NCBI GenBank assembly: GCA_903918885.1
Contig: CAIXFY010000030.1
Span: forward strand, 39,324 to 103,323
Reading direction: 5' to 3'
DNA length: 64,000 bases
Source: an uncultured Verrucomicrobia subdivision 3 bacterium
Lineage (GTDB): Bacteria > Verrucomicrobiota > Verrucomicrobiia > Limisphaerales > UBA11358
Part shown: positions 8,380 through 18,774 of the stretch, in pieces
How the letters are laid out: every line of letters begins with the position of its first letter
Position numbering within the stretch: position 1 is the first letter of the stretch
The notes under the pieces: model-generated
Database searches by the model: none
What the model was told of the DNA's origin: nothing
Seen by the model: the letters and a program-made list of their open reading frames with translations, nothing else
Made by a program: the position numbers and the translations under genes

Positions 8380-8576
8380 AATAATCCACATCACGGCGTG
8401 TAGGGCGGTTTCCTACAAAACAATTAGGCCGATTCGTGCAGACATTTTCTTGGCATTGGTTTCACGTTTGCTATGTTGTAGGTAGCGTGGTTGCAGCAGG
8501 CAATACTGGAACGCAAATGTCATTATCATAATCCGCCTGCTGCGCTGTTCCACCGCGTGAAAAGAAAGCAAAACCT

Positions 8577-8954
8577 ATGAAACAGAACAAAGACATTCGC
8601 CAAGCGGGTTTCACTCTAGTGGAAATCATGATTGTCGTGGCCATCATCGGCCTGTTGGCAGCCATCGCAATCCCCAACTTCGTGAAAGCTCGCGCCACCT
8701 CGCAGGCCAATGCTTGCATCAACAATCTCCGCCAGATTGACGCGGCGGCCAACCAATGGGCGTTGGAAACGAAAAAAGTGACCGGTTCAACCTGCTCGCT
8801 TAGCAGTGACCTTAATGCTTATATCAAACTAAACAAGTCCGGCAGCATTCCTCCCTGTCCGGCGGGTGGAACCTACACCGATACCATCACGGCGGGAACC
8901 AATCCGGTATGTTCATATTCCTCGCTTGCAGCTCAACCGCATCGTCTGCAATAG
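8577..8954 (+). CDS. prepilin-type N-terminal cleavage/methylation domain protein (orphan pseudopilin)
   Basis: Class III signal QAGFTLVEIMIVVAIIGLLAAIAIPNF. C-terminal CPAGGTYT...PVC motif. Confidence 0.8.
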   Translation: MKQNKDIRQAGFTLVEIMIVVAIIGLLAAIAIPNFVKARATSQANACINNLRQIDAAANQWALETKKVTGSTCSLSSDLNAYIKLNKSGSIPPCPAGGTYTDTITAGTNPVCSYSSLAAQPHRLQ

Positions 8955-9194
8955 AAGAGAATCTGGCGAACGTCTGAAATCAATCCAAACATCATAATGT
9001 TTGGTGCAATCACTAAGTTTTCGATTGTCCCTAAAATGGGCAATCATTTCTCAATTTGAGACACGATTCGTGAAAGTCGTTTGGGCATGCTCTGTCGCGG
9101 GTAAACTTTGAATTGACAATTTTCCCGCCGTCGTTCCGCCCATGGCCGCACCGCACTTGCAAATTCAGGCGATTTCGTCTTTCCTTGTTCCAAC

Positions 9195-10760
9195 ATGAGT
9201 CGTGCCTGTGGCCTGCTGATTTTAATCGGAAGTTTGCTGACCGCCTCGGTCGGCTTCGCGGCGGAGTCCGCCGAGGTGAATCTCGATTACGTCGCGCAGC
9301 GCGCCCTCGAACGCGCCAAGTCGCCCTTTCACTCGCCGCGCGCCGATCTGCCCAAAGTCCTGCGTCAGGATAACCTCGACTACGACAAATACCGCGAAAT
9401 CCGCTTCCGCCGCGACCGCGCGCTGTGGGCGGCGGATAATCTGCCGTTTCGCGTGGAATTTTTTCACCCCGGCTACCTGTATCAGGAACCCGTCCATGTC
9501 CACGAATTCACACTGACGCACACGCAGCCCATCCGTTTCGTCCAAGATTTCTTTGACTACGGCAAGCTCGACATTGCCAACCAGATTCCGACCAAGACCG
9601 GCTACGCGGGTTTTCGCGTGCTGTATCCGCTGAACCAGCCGGGGCAACTCGACGAACTCGGCGCGTTTCTCGGCGCGAGCTATTTTCGATTGCTCGGGAA
9701 AAACCTGCGCTACGGCGAATCCGCGCGCGGCCTCGCGCTCAATTCAGGCGAGGGCGATCGCGGCGAGGAATTCCCCATATTCACCGACTGGTGGCTCGGT
9801 AAGCCGCATGCGGATGACACCGAGCTGCGCCTCTACGCCATCCTCGACAGCGTGAGTTGCTGCGGCGCGTATGAATTCTTCATCCGCCCCGGCGACACGA
9901 CGACTTGCAGCATCAGGGCGGTTTTATATTTTCGCGAAACGAACAATGTTGTCGCAGTGGACAAAAACCGGAAACCCAACAAGACCATCGGACTCGCGCC
10001 GCTGACGAGCATGTTCTGGTTCGGCAAGGACACGGAACGGAAATTTGACGACTACCGCACGGAGGTTCACGACAGCGACACGCTGCTCGTGCACATGGGC
10101 AACGGCGAAATCTTTTCCCGCCCGCTCGACAATCCGCCGGCCACGCGCCATCAGGTGTTTCACGCGCCGAACATTCGCGGCTTCGGCCTGCTCCAGCGCG
10201 AACGGAATTTCGCCGCGTATCAGGACATGTTCAATGTCTATCACCAAGTGCCGAGCGTCTGGGTGGAACCCACCGGCAACTGGGGCGATGGCGACCTGCA
10301 CCTTGTCGAGTTGAGCACCAGCTACGAAGGCCTTGATAACATTGTCGCTTTCTGGGATCCGAAAAACAAACCCGCGCCGCTCACGCCGTTTCGTTTCGGC
10401 TACACGCTGCATTGGGAAAGCGGCGAAGCCGATTTGCGCCGCTCGGAAAACCGCGTCGTCAGCACTCGCATCGGACCGGACACGCAGTTTGGCGGACGGC
10501 AGTTTGTGATTGATTTCGACGGCCCGGCGTTCGACGCGATTCCCGAGAACAAACCGCCGGTGGCCATCGCCAATTGCAGCGGCGGCGCGCGCATCGCCGA
10601 CTGCTCGGTCTTCCGCAATGAATTTTCCGGCACCTGGCGCGTGATCCTGAAAATGATTCCGCCCGCCGGCAGCAAGGACGCCGTGGATTTACGCTGTTCC
10701 TTGCAGCAAGGCACAAATGTAGTCGGTGAAACCTGGGTCTATCAATGGAGCCCGCCCTGA
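9195..10760 (+). CDS. opgG: periplasmic glucan biosynthesis protein OpgG/MdoG family
   Basis: Sec signal peptide. OpgG-like blocks FRVEFFHPGY, GYAGFRVLYPLN, ELGAFLGASYFR, GEEFPIFTDWWL. Confidence 0.85.
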   Translation: MSRACGLLILIGSLLTASVGFAAESAEVNLDYVAQRALERAKSPFHSPRADLPKVLRQDNLDYDKYREIRFRRDRALWAADNLPFRVEFFHPGYLYQEPVHVHEFTLTHTQPIRFVQDFFDYGKLDIANQIPTKTGYAGFRVLYPLNQPGQLDELGAFLGASYFRLLGKNLRYGESARGLALNSGEGDRGEEFPIFTDWWLGKPHADDTELRLYAILDSVSCCGAYEFFIRPGDTTTCSIRAVLYFRETNNVVAVDKNRKPNKTIGLAPLTSMFWFGKDTERKFDDYRTEVHDSDTLLVHMGNGEIFSRPLDNPPATRHQVFHAPNIRGFGLLQRERNFAAYQDMFNVYHQVPSVWVEPTGNWGDGDLHLVELSTSYEGLDNIVAFWDPKNKPAPLTPFRFGYTLHWESGEADLRRSENRVVSTRIGPDTQFGGRQFVIDFDGPAFDAIPENKPPVAIANCSGGARIADCSVFRNEFSGTWRVILKMIPPAGSKDAVDLRCSLQQGTNVVGETWVYQWSPP

Positions 10761-11359
10761 AAATTCTGCCGGATGTTTCCGGTGAAATCGCCGGGCGTTC
10801 GCTGGAGGAATGGAACGCCGCGTATGTGAAGGTGGAAAATTATTTCCACGCGCTGCGCATCCGCAACAAGCCGCTGCTCGGCCAACTCGTTCTCCGCGTG
10901 CTCGAACGCGCCCAGCGCCGCGCGCCCGCCGAGCCGCACCGCTCCGCCACGGAACTCGCTGCCGAGGAAATGGACAAAATCGTCACCGACTGGTTTGCGG
11001 AAGTCTTGCAGACCTCGCCCGTCGGCAGCGAGCACACGCTCTCCACGCGCGGCCGCCTCGCGCTGCTGCTTGCCGACATGCCGGGCACCTGGCAGGATCA
11101 GTTTCTGCGTCCCGGGCCGTGGCCGGAGGAATTCGTGGATTCCATGCGGGAAAGTTTCTTTCGCGCCGGGCCAGATTTTCAACTATCCAAAATGGCGCCG
11201 CGTCCGCTCGACCTCGGCCCGCTCACCACGCTGACGAATCTGGGCAAACTGCCTTACGTCCGCATGGCGCTCGTTTGGGGCGGCTACGCGCTGCTGCTCG
11301 TCGCCATTTTCTGGCTGACGCACGGCGGGTTCCAAAAAGTGATGGACTGGTTCAAATAA
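10745..11359 (+). CDS. hypothetical protein with C-terminal TM helix, translationally coupled between opgG and opgH
   Basis: Overlaps the opgG end by 16 nt and stops 1 nt before the opgH ATG. I recognise no motif. One TM helix (VWGGYALLLVAIFWL) lies near the C-terminus. Confidence 0.55.
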   Translation: MEPALKILPDVSGEIAGRSLEEWNAAYVKVENYFHALRIRNKPLLGQLVLRVLERAQRRAPAEPHRSATELAAEEMDKIVTDWFAEVLQTSPVGSEHTLSTRGRLALLLADMPGTWQDQFLRPGPWPEEFVDSMRESFFRAGPDFQLSKMAPRPLDLGPLTTLTNLGKLPYVRMALVWGGYALLLVAIFWLTHGGFQKVMDWFK

Positions 11360-11360
11360 A

Positions 11361-13520
11361 ATGTCCACCGAACCAAAAATTGATTCCGTCGCCGCGCCGC
11401 GTTTGCGCCGCGGCTGGCGGCTGTTTTTGTTTTTCTCGCCGGCGGTGCTGTTGACCGGCGCGGTCTCGATGCTGTTCGCCGATCTGCTTTGGCGCACCGG
11501 CTGGAGCGCGTCGCGCACGGTGCTGCTCGTGCTGTTCATCGTTTTGTTTTTGCTCACGGCCATCGGCTGCATGCACGGCGTGTTCGGATTTTTCATCCGC
11601 GTATTCGGCACGCAGCGGCGCATCACCGGGCTGAAGCCGTTCAAGGATCAGAAAATTGACGGCGTGAGCACGGCGATTATTTTTCCGATTTACAACGAGG
11701 ATTCTATCCGCGTGCTCGAAGGCCTGCGCGCGACTTATGAATCGCTCCAACGCACCGGCCAGTTGGAGAAATTTGACTTCTTCATTTTGAGCGACTCGAC
11801 GAATCCCGACCGCTGGATCGAGGAGGAAAAAAACTGGTGCGACCTCGTCCGCGACCTCGACGCGCTGGGAAAAATTTATTACCGCCGCCGGCTGTTCAAC
11901 GAGGAGCGCAAGAGCGGCAATGTCCGCGACTTCCTAAACACCTGGGGCAAACGCTACCGCTATTTTATCTGCTGCGACGCCGACAGCGTGATGAGCGGCG
12001 AGACGCTGACGGACTTGGTGAAATTGATGGAAGCGCATCCGACCGTCGGGCTGATTCAAACCGTGCCGTCCCTCGTGAACGCGGAAAGTTTGTTCGGACG
12101 AATCCAGCAATTTGCGAATCGCCTTTACGCGCCGGTGTTCATTTCCGGCTTGAATTACTGGGCACTCGACTTCGGAAATTATTGGGGCCACAACGCCATC
12201 ATTCGCACCGAACCGTTCATGCAGTTCTGCGACCTGCCGCAACTGCCGGGACGCAAACCGTTCGGCGGACAAATCCTCTCGCACGATTTCGTCGAAGCCG
12301 CGCTGATGCTGCGCGAAAACTGGTCGGTCTGGCTCGCCTACGATCTGGAAGGCAGCTACGAGGAAGCCCCGCAGGCATTGATTGAAAATGCGCAGCGCGA
12401 ACGCCGTTGGTGTCAGGGCAATCTGCAACACGGCCTCGTCCTATTCGCCAAGGGTCTGCGCGGCGTGAGCCGGCTGCATTTGGTTTTTGGAATTTTCGGC
12501 TATGTCGCGAGTCCGCTCTGGCTGGCGTTTCTCATCACCTTCGACTGGATTTATTGCTTCCAACAATACACCGGCCTGTCGGAAATTCCCGTGCCGGCGT
12601 TCAATCCGTATCTCGCCAACTGGAGCGGCACGGCGCACGCGCTGCTGATTTTCGTCATCTGCATGGTCGTCATCATGCTGCCGAAATTTCTGTCGCTCGT
12701 GGATCTCGCGCGCGACTGGCCGCGCCGCGCGCAGTTTGGCGGATTGCTCAACGCCACCGGCGGCGTCATCGGCGAAACTATTTTTTCCACGCTGCACGCG
12801 CCGCTGCTAATGCTCTGGCACACGCGGTTCGTGCTGACAAACATCGCCGGCATCAGCGTCGGCTGGACCACGCAAAACCGCGCCGCTGACGGCACGAGCT
12901 GGCTTTACGCCGCGCAACGGCATTGGGGACACACGCTCATCGGCGTCGCGTGGGGCTGGTTCACTTGGAAGCTCGGCGCGGATTTGTTTTGGTGGTTCAC
13001 GCCGGTGCTGGCGGGCATGGTGTTTTCCATTCCGTTGAGCGTGCTGACCAGCCGCGGCAGCCTCGGCGCGCGAGCAAAACAGATGGGATTATTTTTGACG
13101 CCGGAAGAAACGCGTCCACCGATGGAGCTCATTTCTTTGCGCTCGCGAATGAAGATTCACGAGTTCACCGAGGAAGAAACTGAAACGAACCGTTGCCGCG
13201 CCCACGTCGGACTGGCCGCCGCTGTGCTCGACCCGTATGTGAACGCCATTCACGTTTCGCTGCTGCGCGAAAAGCAGTTTAACCCGGTTTACGCCGAACA
13301 TTTCACGCGCATCGGCGCGGGCACGGACGCCGTGCGCGAGCTCGGCGAAAAACTGCTGGCCGGCGGACCGGAAAAATTAAAATCGTCTGAGCGGATGGCG
13401 GTGATGGCCGACCAGCGCGTGATGGTGTGGCTGCACCAGCAGGCGTGGGTGCGACCGGAGGAAAAACTCGCGCCCTGGTGGCGCGCGATGATCCGAGAAT
13501 TCAGCCAGCGGGAGAATTAA
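11361..13520 (+). CDS. opgH: glucans biosynthesis glucosyltransferase H (GT2)
   Basis: IIFPIYNED, CCDADSVM and QRERRWCQGNLQH motifs, flanked by multi-TM regions. Confidence 0.9.
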   Translation: MSTEPKIDSVAAPRLRRGWRLFLFFSPAVLLTGAVSMLFADLLWRTGWSASRTVLLVLFIVLFLLTAIGCMHGVFGFFIRVFGTQRRITGLKPFKDQKIDGVSTAIIFPIYNEDSIRVLEGLRATYESLQRTGQLEKFDFFILSDSTNPDRWIEEEKNWCDLVRDLDALGKIYYRRRLFNEERKSGNVRDFLNTWGKRYRYFICCDADSVMSGETLTDLVKLMEAHPTVGLIQTVPSLVNAESLFGRIQQFANRLYAPVFISGLNYWALDFGNYWGHNAIIRTEPFMQFCDLPQLPGRKPFGGQILSHDFVEAALMLRENWSVWLAYDLEGSYEEAPQALIENAQRERRWCQGNLQHGLVLFAKGLRGVSRLHLVFGIFGYVASPLWLAFLITFDWIYCFQQYTGLSEIPVPAFNPYLANWSGTAHALLIFVICMVVIMLPKFLSLVDLARDWPRRAQFGGLLNATGGVIGETIFSTLHAPLLMLWHTRFVLTNIAGISVGWTTQNRAADGTSWLYAAQRHWGHTLIGVAWGWFTWKLGADLFWWFTPVLAGMVFSIPLSVLTSRGSLGARAKQMGLFLTPEETRPPMELISLRSRMKIHEFTEEETETNRCRAHVGLAAAVLDPYVNAIHVSLLREKQFNPVYAEHFTRIGAGTDAVRELGEKLLAGGPEKLKSSERMAVMADQRVMVWLHQQAWVRPEEKLAPWWRAMIREFSQREN

Positions 13521-13563
13521 GTAGATTTCTATTCGAGCCTAGACTTTGAAGCCTATCAGTCTG

Positions 13564-13902
13564 TTAGGCCGATGTCTTATCATAAAGATGCTTCCGTAAA
13601 TCCGATAAATGTTCTGCGTCTGCTTCCTCAAGCAAACGATGTGCGGCACGAAAACGCAAACCTAGCCAGTAAGCGAGCAACATAATGGTCGCAGCCGGAA
13701 CGAGAATGCTCAATGGCCAATGTGAAAATGGTAAAGTGCCAGTGGCCATGAAAATGAAAAAGGGTGGAAGTGGACCAATAGCGACACCAAGAAATGCACG
13801 CTCTAAAGCTCGTGCCGCGTCTGTATTGGTGTGCGGACTTGGCCACGGAATGAAAACCCGCCGCCAACGGCCGACGAACTGCTGTGCTTGTGGAATAGTC
13901 AT
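13564..13902 (-). CDS. hypothetical small membrane protein
   Basis: 112-aa ORF with two hydrophobic helices inside an AT-richer intergenic islet. No recognisable motif. Confidence 0.35.
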   Translation of the reverse strand: MTIPQAQQFVGRWRRVFIPWPSPHTNTDAARALERAFLGVAIGPLPPFFIFMATGTLPFSHWPLSILVPAATIMLLAYWLGLRFRAAHRLLEEADAEHLSDLRKHLYDKTSA

Positions 13903-14107
13903 AAACGTGTAATCGACCTAACAATAATTAGATCGCAGTTTTTGCAGCCTATTAAGGTTCTTGAATTCGAGCTTGCGCCGGATGTAAAAAGTTGTCCAGC
14001 ACATTTTCCAAAGAGAAAGGACAAGCGATTTGTTTTAAGCAAAGGTGGCAAGTAAGGCTGCAAACCCGCCTCAAATCCAAAGGGCTGGTAGTGGCTTCTG
14101 ACTGGGT

Positions 14108-15256
14108 TCACAAAAATTCCACCACGCGGTGCAATTCCGCATCGGTGTTGTAAAAGTGCGGCGAGAGGCGAATGTAGTTTTGTCCCTTCCGGTCGGTGCG
14201 CAGCGACGCGACGATGCCGGCTTCGGAAAGTTTTTGGTTCAATTCCGCGAGATTTTTTTCCGGCGCAAAAAACGAAGTGATGCCGCTGGCGTTGACCGGC
14301 TTTGGCTCGGCGTTCAACACGGTGTAGCCCTTGGCCTGCAACGCCGGCACCAGCCACGCGCGTTTGCGGAGCAGTTCGGCGGCGATGTTTTCCACGCCGA
14401 TTTCCAGCGCCAATTCCATCGCAGCCAGCAGGCCGGCGAGGCCGACGAGGTTGTGCGTGCCCGCTTCAAATTTTGCCGCGCCGCCGCGAAACTCGATTTT
14501 TTCCTGCGCGACAAAATTCGGATTGCGCACGTTGTGCCAGCCGTAGACGGGCGGATTCAGTTTTTCCTGCAAATCTTTTTTGACGTAGAACAAACCCGCG
14601 CCGCACGGGCCGAGCAGCCATTTGTGCGAATCGGCGGCGAGAAAATCCACGTTCGCCACGTCGGTCGGAAACACGCCGAGCGTCTGGATGGCGTCGAGGC
14701 AAAAAAGGATGCCGCGCTCGCGCAGAAATTTGCCGATGGCGTCGTGGTCGAGGCGGTAGCCGCTGATGAAATGATTGGAGGCGAGCGCGACGAGTTTGGT
14801 GTCCTCGTCCACCTGCCCCATGACGTCCACCGCGCGGATGACGCCAAGGTGGCGGATGTTCATCAGGCGGACTTTCACGCCCTTTTCGGCGAGCGCCATC
14901 CAGGGATATACGTTGGACGGATAATCGTCATGGTAAATCAGGATGTTCTGGCCTTTGCGGAAATTCAGTCCGGCGGCGACAAAACTCAACGCCAGCGAGG
15001 TCGGCCCGACGAGCGAAACTTCGTCGGGCGAGCAGCTTAATAATTTTGCACCGGCTTTTCGCGCGTCCGCGATTTTGCGCATAACGAAGGCTTCCTGATC
15101 GCCGAGCGTGCCGCCGTGCGCGCAATCAGCCATCGCCTGCGCGACGCGGCGCGGCAGCGCGCAGACGCCGCCGTGCGCGAGAAAAATTTTATTTTTCGCG
15201 ACGGGGAATTCGTGCTGGCGGAGTTCCTCGTTCGACAAAATTTCAGACAAAGTCAT
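14108..15256 (-). CDS. aminotransferase class V-fold PLP-dependent enzyme (cysteine desulfurase/selenocysteine lyase-like)
   Basis: PLP-lysine context FLAADSHKWLLGPCGAGLFYV. The overall length and layout fit the class V fold. Confidence 0.8.
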   Translation of the reverse strand: MTLSEILSNEELRQHEFPVAKNKIFLAHGGVCALPRRVAQAMADCAHGGTLGDQEAFVMRKIADARKAGAKLLSCSPDEVSLVGPTSLALSFVAAGLNFRKGQNILIYHDDYPSNVYPWMALAEKGVKVRLMNIRHLGVIRAVDVMGQVDEDTKLVALASNHFISGYRLDHDAIGKFLRERGILFCLDAIQTLGVFPTDVANVDFLAADSHKWLLGPCGAGLFYVKKDLQEKLNPPVYGWHNVRNPNFVAQEKIEFRGGAAKFEAGTHNLVGLAGLLAAMELALEIGVENIAAELLRKRAWLVPALQAKGYTVLNAEPKPVNASGITSFFAPEKNLAELNQKLSEAGIVASLRTDRKGQNYIRLSPHFYNTDAELHRVVEFL

Positions 15257-15328
15257 GCGGGGAAGTTAGCGGAAAATAAAAACCGGCAAAGCGGGAAAAT
15301 CCGCCTTGCCGGTTGGTTTGAAAACAAA

Positions 15329-15661
15329 TTACGCGACGGCCTTGTCGAGGCTGGCCTTCAAATCGCGTTTGCTCTTGGCACCGACCATCTGTTCGGAGAC
15401 CTGGCCGCCCTTGAAGACTAGCAGCGTGGGAATCGCACGGACGCCATATTGCGCGGCGAGACCGGGATGTTCGTCAATGTTGACTTTGCCGATTTTGGCT
15501 TTGCCTTGGAACTCGGTGGCGAGTTCATCGAGCACGGGCGTAATCATTTTGCAGGGTCCACACCATTCGGCCCAAAAATCCACGAGCACGGGCGCGGTGG
15601 ATTTGAGCGCTTCGGTTTCGAAGTTATCTTGAGTCAAGGTGACGATTAGTGGGGATGCCAT
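15329..15661 (-). CDS. trxA: thioredoxin
   Basis: [12 protein letters not shown] active site, 110 aa. Confidence 0.92.
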   Translation of the reverse strand: MASPLIVTLTQDNFETEALKSTAPVLVDFWAEWCGPCKMITPVLDELATEFQGKAKIGKVNIDEHPGLAAQYGVRAIPTLLVFKGGQVSEQMVGAKSKRDLKASLDKAVA

Positions 15662-15666
15662 ATTTT

Positions 15667-16143
15667 TTAGCTGGAGAAATTTTCAACAACGTTTTTCAAA
15701 GTGAGAAAAACCCAGACTACGCCGCCTATAGCAACAAGGCTGGCAAAGGCAGCGGAGAAAATCAGAACTTTGTCCAATGTCTTGATGGAAGGAACGACTG
15801 GAGCGGCGGCGCGCTGTGCTACGGGAGCGGCTTTTTGTGCGGCTGTAGGAGCAGCGCCAGATTTGGCAGCGGCGGCGGCGGCGGGAGCCGCTGGCGCGGC
15901 CGCTGTCCTTAACGCGGGGGCTGGTGCGGTTGGTGCGGCTGCGACAGACACTGGACTGGGCGCACCGGTCGGGCCGCCGGGCGGCAAGGTTGGCAGCTTG
16001 ATGGTTGGAGCCGCAGTCGGTTTGGGCGGCAAATTGATACGGACAGTCTCTTTTTTCGGCTGAACCTTGCCGGTGGATTTCTTCAATGGTTCGGCACCGG
16101 TTGGCGTGCCAGGCAACGGATTGTTCAGAGGTGTGTCGGCCAT
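15667..16143 (-). CDS. Pro/Ala-rich tail-anchored membrane protein, hypothetical
   Basis: Low-complexity P/A/T region followed by a single C-terminal TM ([20 protein letters not shown]). Lies 5 nt upstream of trxA on the same strand. Confidence 0.5.
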   Translation of the reverse strand: MADTPLNNPLPGTPTGAEPLKKSTGKVQPKKETVRINLPPKPTAAPTIKLPTLPPGGPTGAPSPVSVAAAPTAPAPALRTAAAPAAPAAAAAAKSGAAPTAAQKAAPVAQRAAAPVVPSIKTLDKVLIFSAAFASLVAIGGVVWVFLTLKNVVENFSS

Positions 16144-16273
16144 AGTCTTTTGAAGATAAGCAGAGCGCCGCTGCTGTCAAATTTAATTCCGGGGGGAAAT
16201 GAAATTAAAATCCGGATTGGACTGGGTATATTCGTTTCTGACTTGCAAATGGAATCGGCCAAAAAACTTTAAA

Positions 16274-17656
16274 TCAGGTTTTTTCCTCGATTAATTCGCG
16301 CCTTGCACTACCCAAAAGCTGTTCGACAAAATTCGTCGAATAAACGCCGCGCCGGAAATTCGGATCCTGCATGATGGCCTGTTGGAATGACATCGTGGTT
16401 TTGACGCCGGTGATCATGTATTCGCTCAACGCGCGGTTCATACGGTCAATCGCATCGCGGCGATCTTTGCCGCGCACGATGAGCTTGCCAATCATCGAAT
16501 CGTAGGTCGGTGGAATCGTGTAACCCGCGTAGGCATGCGTGTCTACGCGCACTTCGCGACCACCAGGTTGATAATACATTTCAATGCGCCCTGGGCTGGG
16601 GCGGAAGTCATTGAAAGGATCTTCTGCATTGATACGGCATTCGATGGCATGACCTTTCATCACGATGTCGCTTTGCGAATAACGCAGCGGTTCGCCCATC
16701 GCAATTTCAATCTGCGCCCGCACGAGGTCAATGCCTGTGACCTCTTCCGTGACCGGATGTTCCACCTGGATGCGTTTGTTGACTTCGAGAAAATAGAAGT
16801 TGCCGTTGTCATCCACGATGAACTCAACCGTGCCGGCATTCGTGTAGCGCGCTGCCTCGGCGATGCGGATAGCGGCTTTGCCGATTTTTTCGCGCAATTT
16901 TTTGAATTTGTATTCCAGCAACGGCGAAGGGGATTCCTCGATCAATTTCTGGTTGCGGCGTTGCACTGAGCAGTCGCGTTCGCCAAGATGGATGATTTTC
17001 CCTTTGGTGTCGCCGAGAATCTGAATTTCAATATGGTGCGGATTCTCGATGAATTTTTCGATGTAAACCCCGGAATTGCCGAAACACTTTTCCGCTTCGG
17101 ATCGTGCGGTGTGGTAGCCTTTAACCAGCGAAATATCATTGTGGGCGATGCGCATACCGCGTCCGCCGCCGCCCGCCACAGCTTTGATCATCACTGGATA
17201 GCCGATGCGTTTGGCATTGGCCAACGCATCTTTTTCATTTTCAACGATGCCTTCAGATCCCGGCGGTGTTTCCACGCCCGCTTTTTTGGCGAGTGCGCGG
17301 CTAACCGCCTTGTCTTCCAGTGCGCTCATTGCTCTGGCGCTGGGACCAATGAAGCGGATATTGCAACTTTCGCAGACTTCGGCGAAGTGGGCGTTCTCGG
17401 ATAGAAAACCATACCCCGGATGAATCGCATCAACATCGGCAATTTCCGCCGCGCTGATAATCCGATCAATGCGGAGATAACTTTCCGACGAAGCCGCCTT
17501 ACCGATGCAAATCGCCTCGTCAGCCATCTGAACATGCATGGAGTTCGAGTCAATCTCCGAATACACCGCGACGGTGCGGATATTCAATTCTTTGCAGGCG
17601 CGGATGATGCGAACGGCAATTTCGCCGCGGTTGGCGACCAGAATCTTTTCAAACAT
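16274..17656 (-). CDS. accC: acetyl-CoA carboxylase biotin carboxylase subunit
   Basis: [39 protein letters not shown]-like [13 protein letters not shown]. Confidence 0.95.
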   Translation of the reverse strand: MFEKILVANRGEIAVRIIRACKELNIRTVAVYSEIDSNSMHVQMADEAICIGKAASSESYLRIDRIISAAEIADVDAIHPGYGFLSENAHFAEVCESCNIRFIGPSARAMSALEDKAVSRALAKKAGVETPPGSEGIVENEKDALANAKRIGYPVMIKAVAGGGGRGMRIAHNDISLVKGYHTARSEAEKCFGNSGVYIEKFIENPHHIEIQILGDTKGKIIHLGERDCSVQRRNQKLIEESPSPLLEYKFKKLREKIGKAAIRIAEAARYTNAGTVEFIVDDNGNFYFLEVNKRIQVEHPVTEEVTGIDLVRAQIEIAMGEPLRYSQSDIVMKGHAIECRINAEDPFNDFRPSPGRIEMYYQPGGREVRVDTHAYAGYTIPPTYDSMIGKLIVRGKDRRDAIDRMNRALSEYMITGVKTTMSFQQAIMQDPNFRRGVYSTNFVEQLLGSARRELIEEKT

Positions 17657-17682
17657 GGTAAATGAGGTGGATGAAAGTCCGC

Positions 17683-18153
17683 TTAAGTGGGGCGAATTTT
17701 AAATAACGCCTGTCCAAATTCAACCGGCTTACCGCTTTCAACCAAAACTTGTGTAACTACACCCTTCATTTCGGCCTTAATTTCATTCATCACTTTCATG
17801 GCTTCAATGATGCAGACCACAGTTTCGGCGTTTACTTCCGTCCCAACATCGACATAGGGAGCAGATTCTGGCGAGGGTGAACGATAAAAAGTTCCAATCA
17901 TCGGTGATTTTATATCTATTTCACCCGTGTTTGTGGGTGCAGATGCCGCCGGAGCGGCAACCGGCAAGGCAGCGACCGGAGCGAGATATGGCAATGAAGA
18001 GACTGGGGTAGGCTCATCGCCTTGAGCAGCAATAGATCCGGAAGCGATTCCACGCTTTAGTCGTAGTTTGGAATCCTTTTCTTCCAGTTCAAACTCTGTT
18101 ATAGAGTTCTTTTTCATCAAATCAATGATGGCTTTGATATCTTTTAGTTCCAC
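17683..18153 (-). CDS. accB: acetyl-CoA carboxylase biotin carboxyl carrier protein
   Basis: Biotinyl-lysine motif [12 protein letters not shown] Pro/Ala linker precedes the lipoyl-like domain. Confidence 0.9.
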   Translation of the reverse strand: MELKDIKAIIDLMKKNSITEFELEEKDSKLRLKRGIASGSIAAQGDEPTPVSSLPYLAPVAALPVAAPAASAPTNTGEIDIKSPMIGTFYRSPSPESAPYVDVGTEVNAETVVCIIEAMKVMNEIKAEMKGVVTQVLVESGKPVEFGQALFKIRPT

Positions 18154-18324
18154 AGTAGTGATTCGTTAAAGTTTTTGAAAAGTTGACTAATTTGAGATTT
18201 AAAAGGAAAAATGAGAGAATTAAGCAGTGAATTGATTCATTTATTGGAAAGCATATTTATCTATCAATGAATCGTCAAGCTATTTTTAGAAATAGCTAAC
18301 GACTGCCCGGTGGGTAAAATTTTG

Positions 18325-18765
18325 CTATTTATCTGTTTCGTTAACGAAAACTGAAGCTTCAAGACCTAAAATATAAGATTTTTCGCCAAATCCACATATC
18401 TGCCCCTTGCAAACCGGAGCAATCAGCGACTTGTGACGAAATTCCTCGCGCGCATGGATATTGGAAAGATGAATCTCAATCGTCGGCACGCCAACCGCAG
18501 AAATGGCGTCCCGCAAAGCAACGCTCGTGTGCGTGTAGGCGGCGGCGTTGACGACAATCACCTGAAACTTACCTCTTGCTTCTTGAATCCAACTGACCAA
18601 TTCACCTTCCTGATTCGATTGACGAAAATCCACTTCGACTTTCAATTGCACTGCCCGTTCGCGGACTTTGGCCTCAATATCCGCCAAAGTCGTTCGTCCA
18701 TAAACTTCCGGCTCGCGTGTGCCGAGCAAGTTAAGATTCGGACCATTCAGGAAAAGAATCTTCAT
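18325..18765 (-). CDS. aroQ: type II 3-dehydroquinate dehydratase
   Basis: [18 protein letters not shown] and [16 protein letters not shown] motifs. Confidence 0.9.
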   Translation of the reverse strand: MKILFLNGPNLNLLGTREPEVYGRTTLADIEAKVRERAVQLKVEVDFRQSNQEGELVSWIQEARGKFQVIVVNAAAYTHTSVALRDAISAVGVPTIEIHLSNIHAREEFRHKSLIAPVCKGQICGFGEKSYILGLEASVFVNETDK

Positions 18766-18774
18766 GGCGTTAGC

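Noticed and set aside
8451-8471. Sigma-54-like TGGCA…TTGC upstream of the pseudopilin gene
   Set aside because: The GG-to-GC spacing is 18 nt rather than the canonical 12, so it does not fit a -24/-12 promoter.
14129-15040. 303-aa ORF antisense to the class V aminotransferase
   Set aside because: It is Arg-rich with no motifs, and the PLP-lysine motif is on the minus strand.
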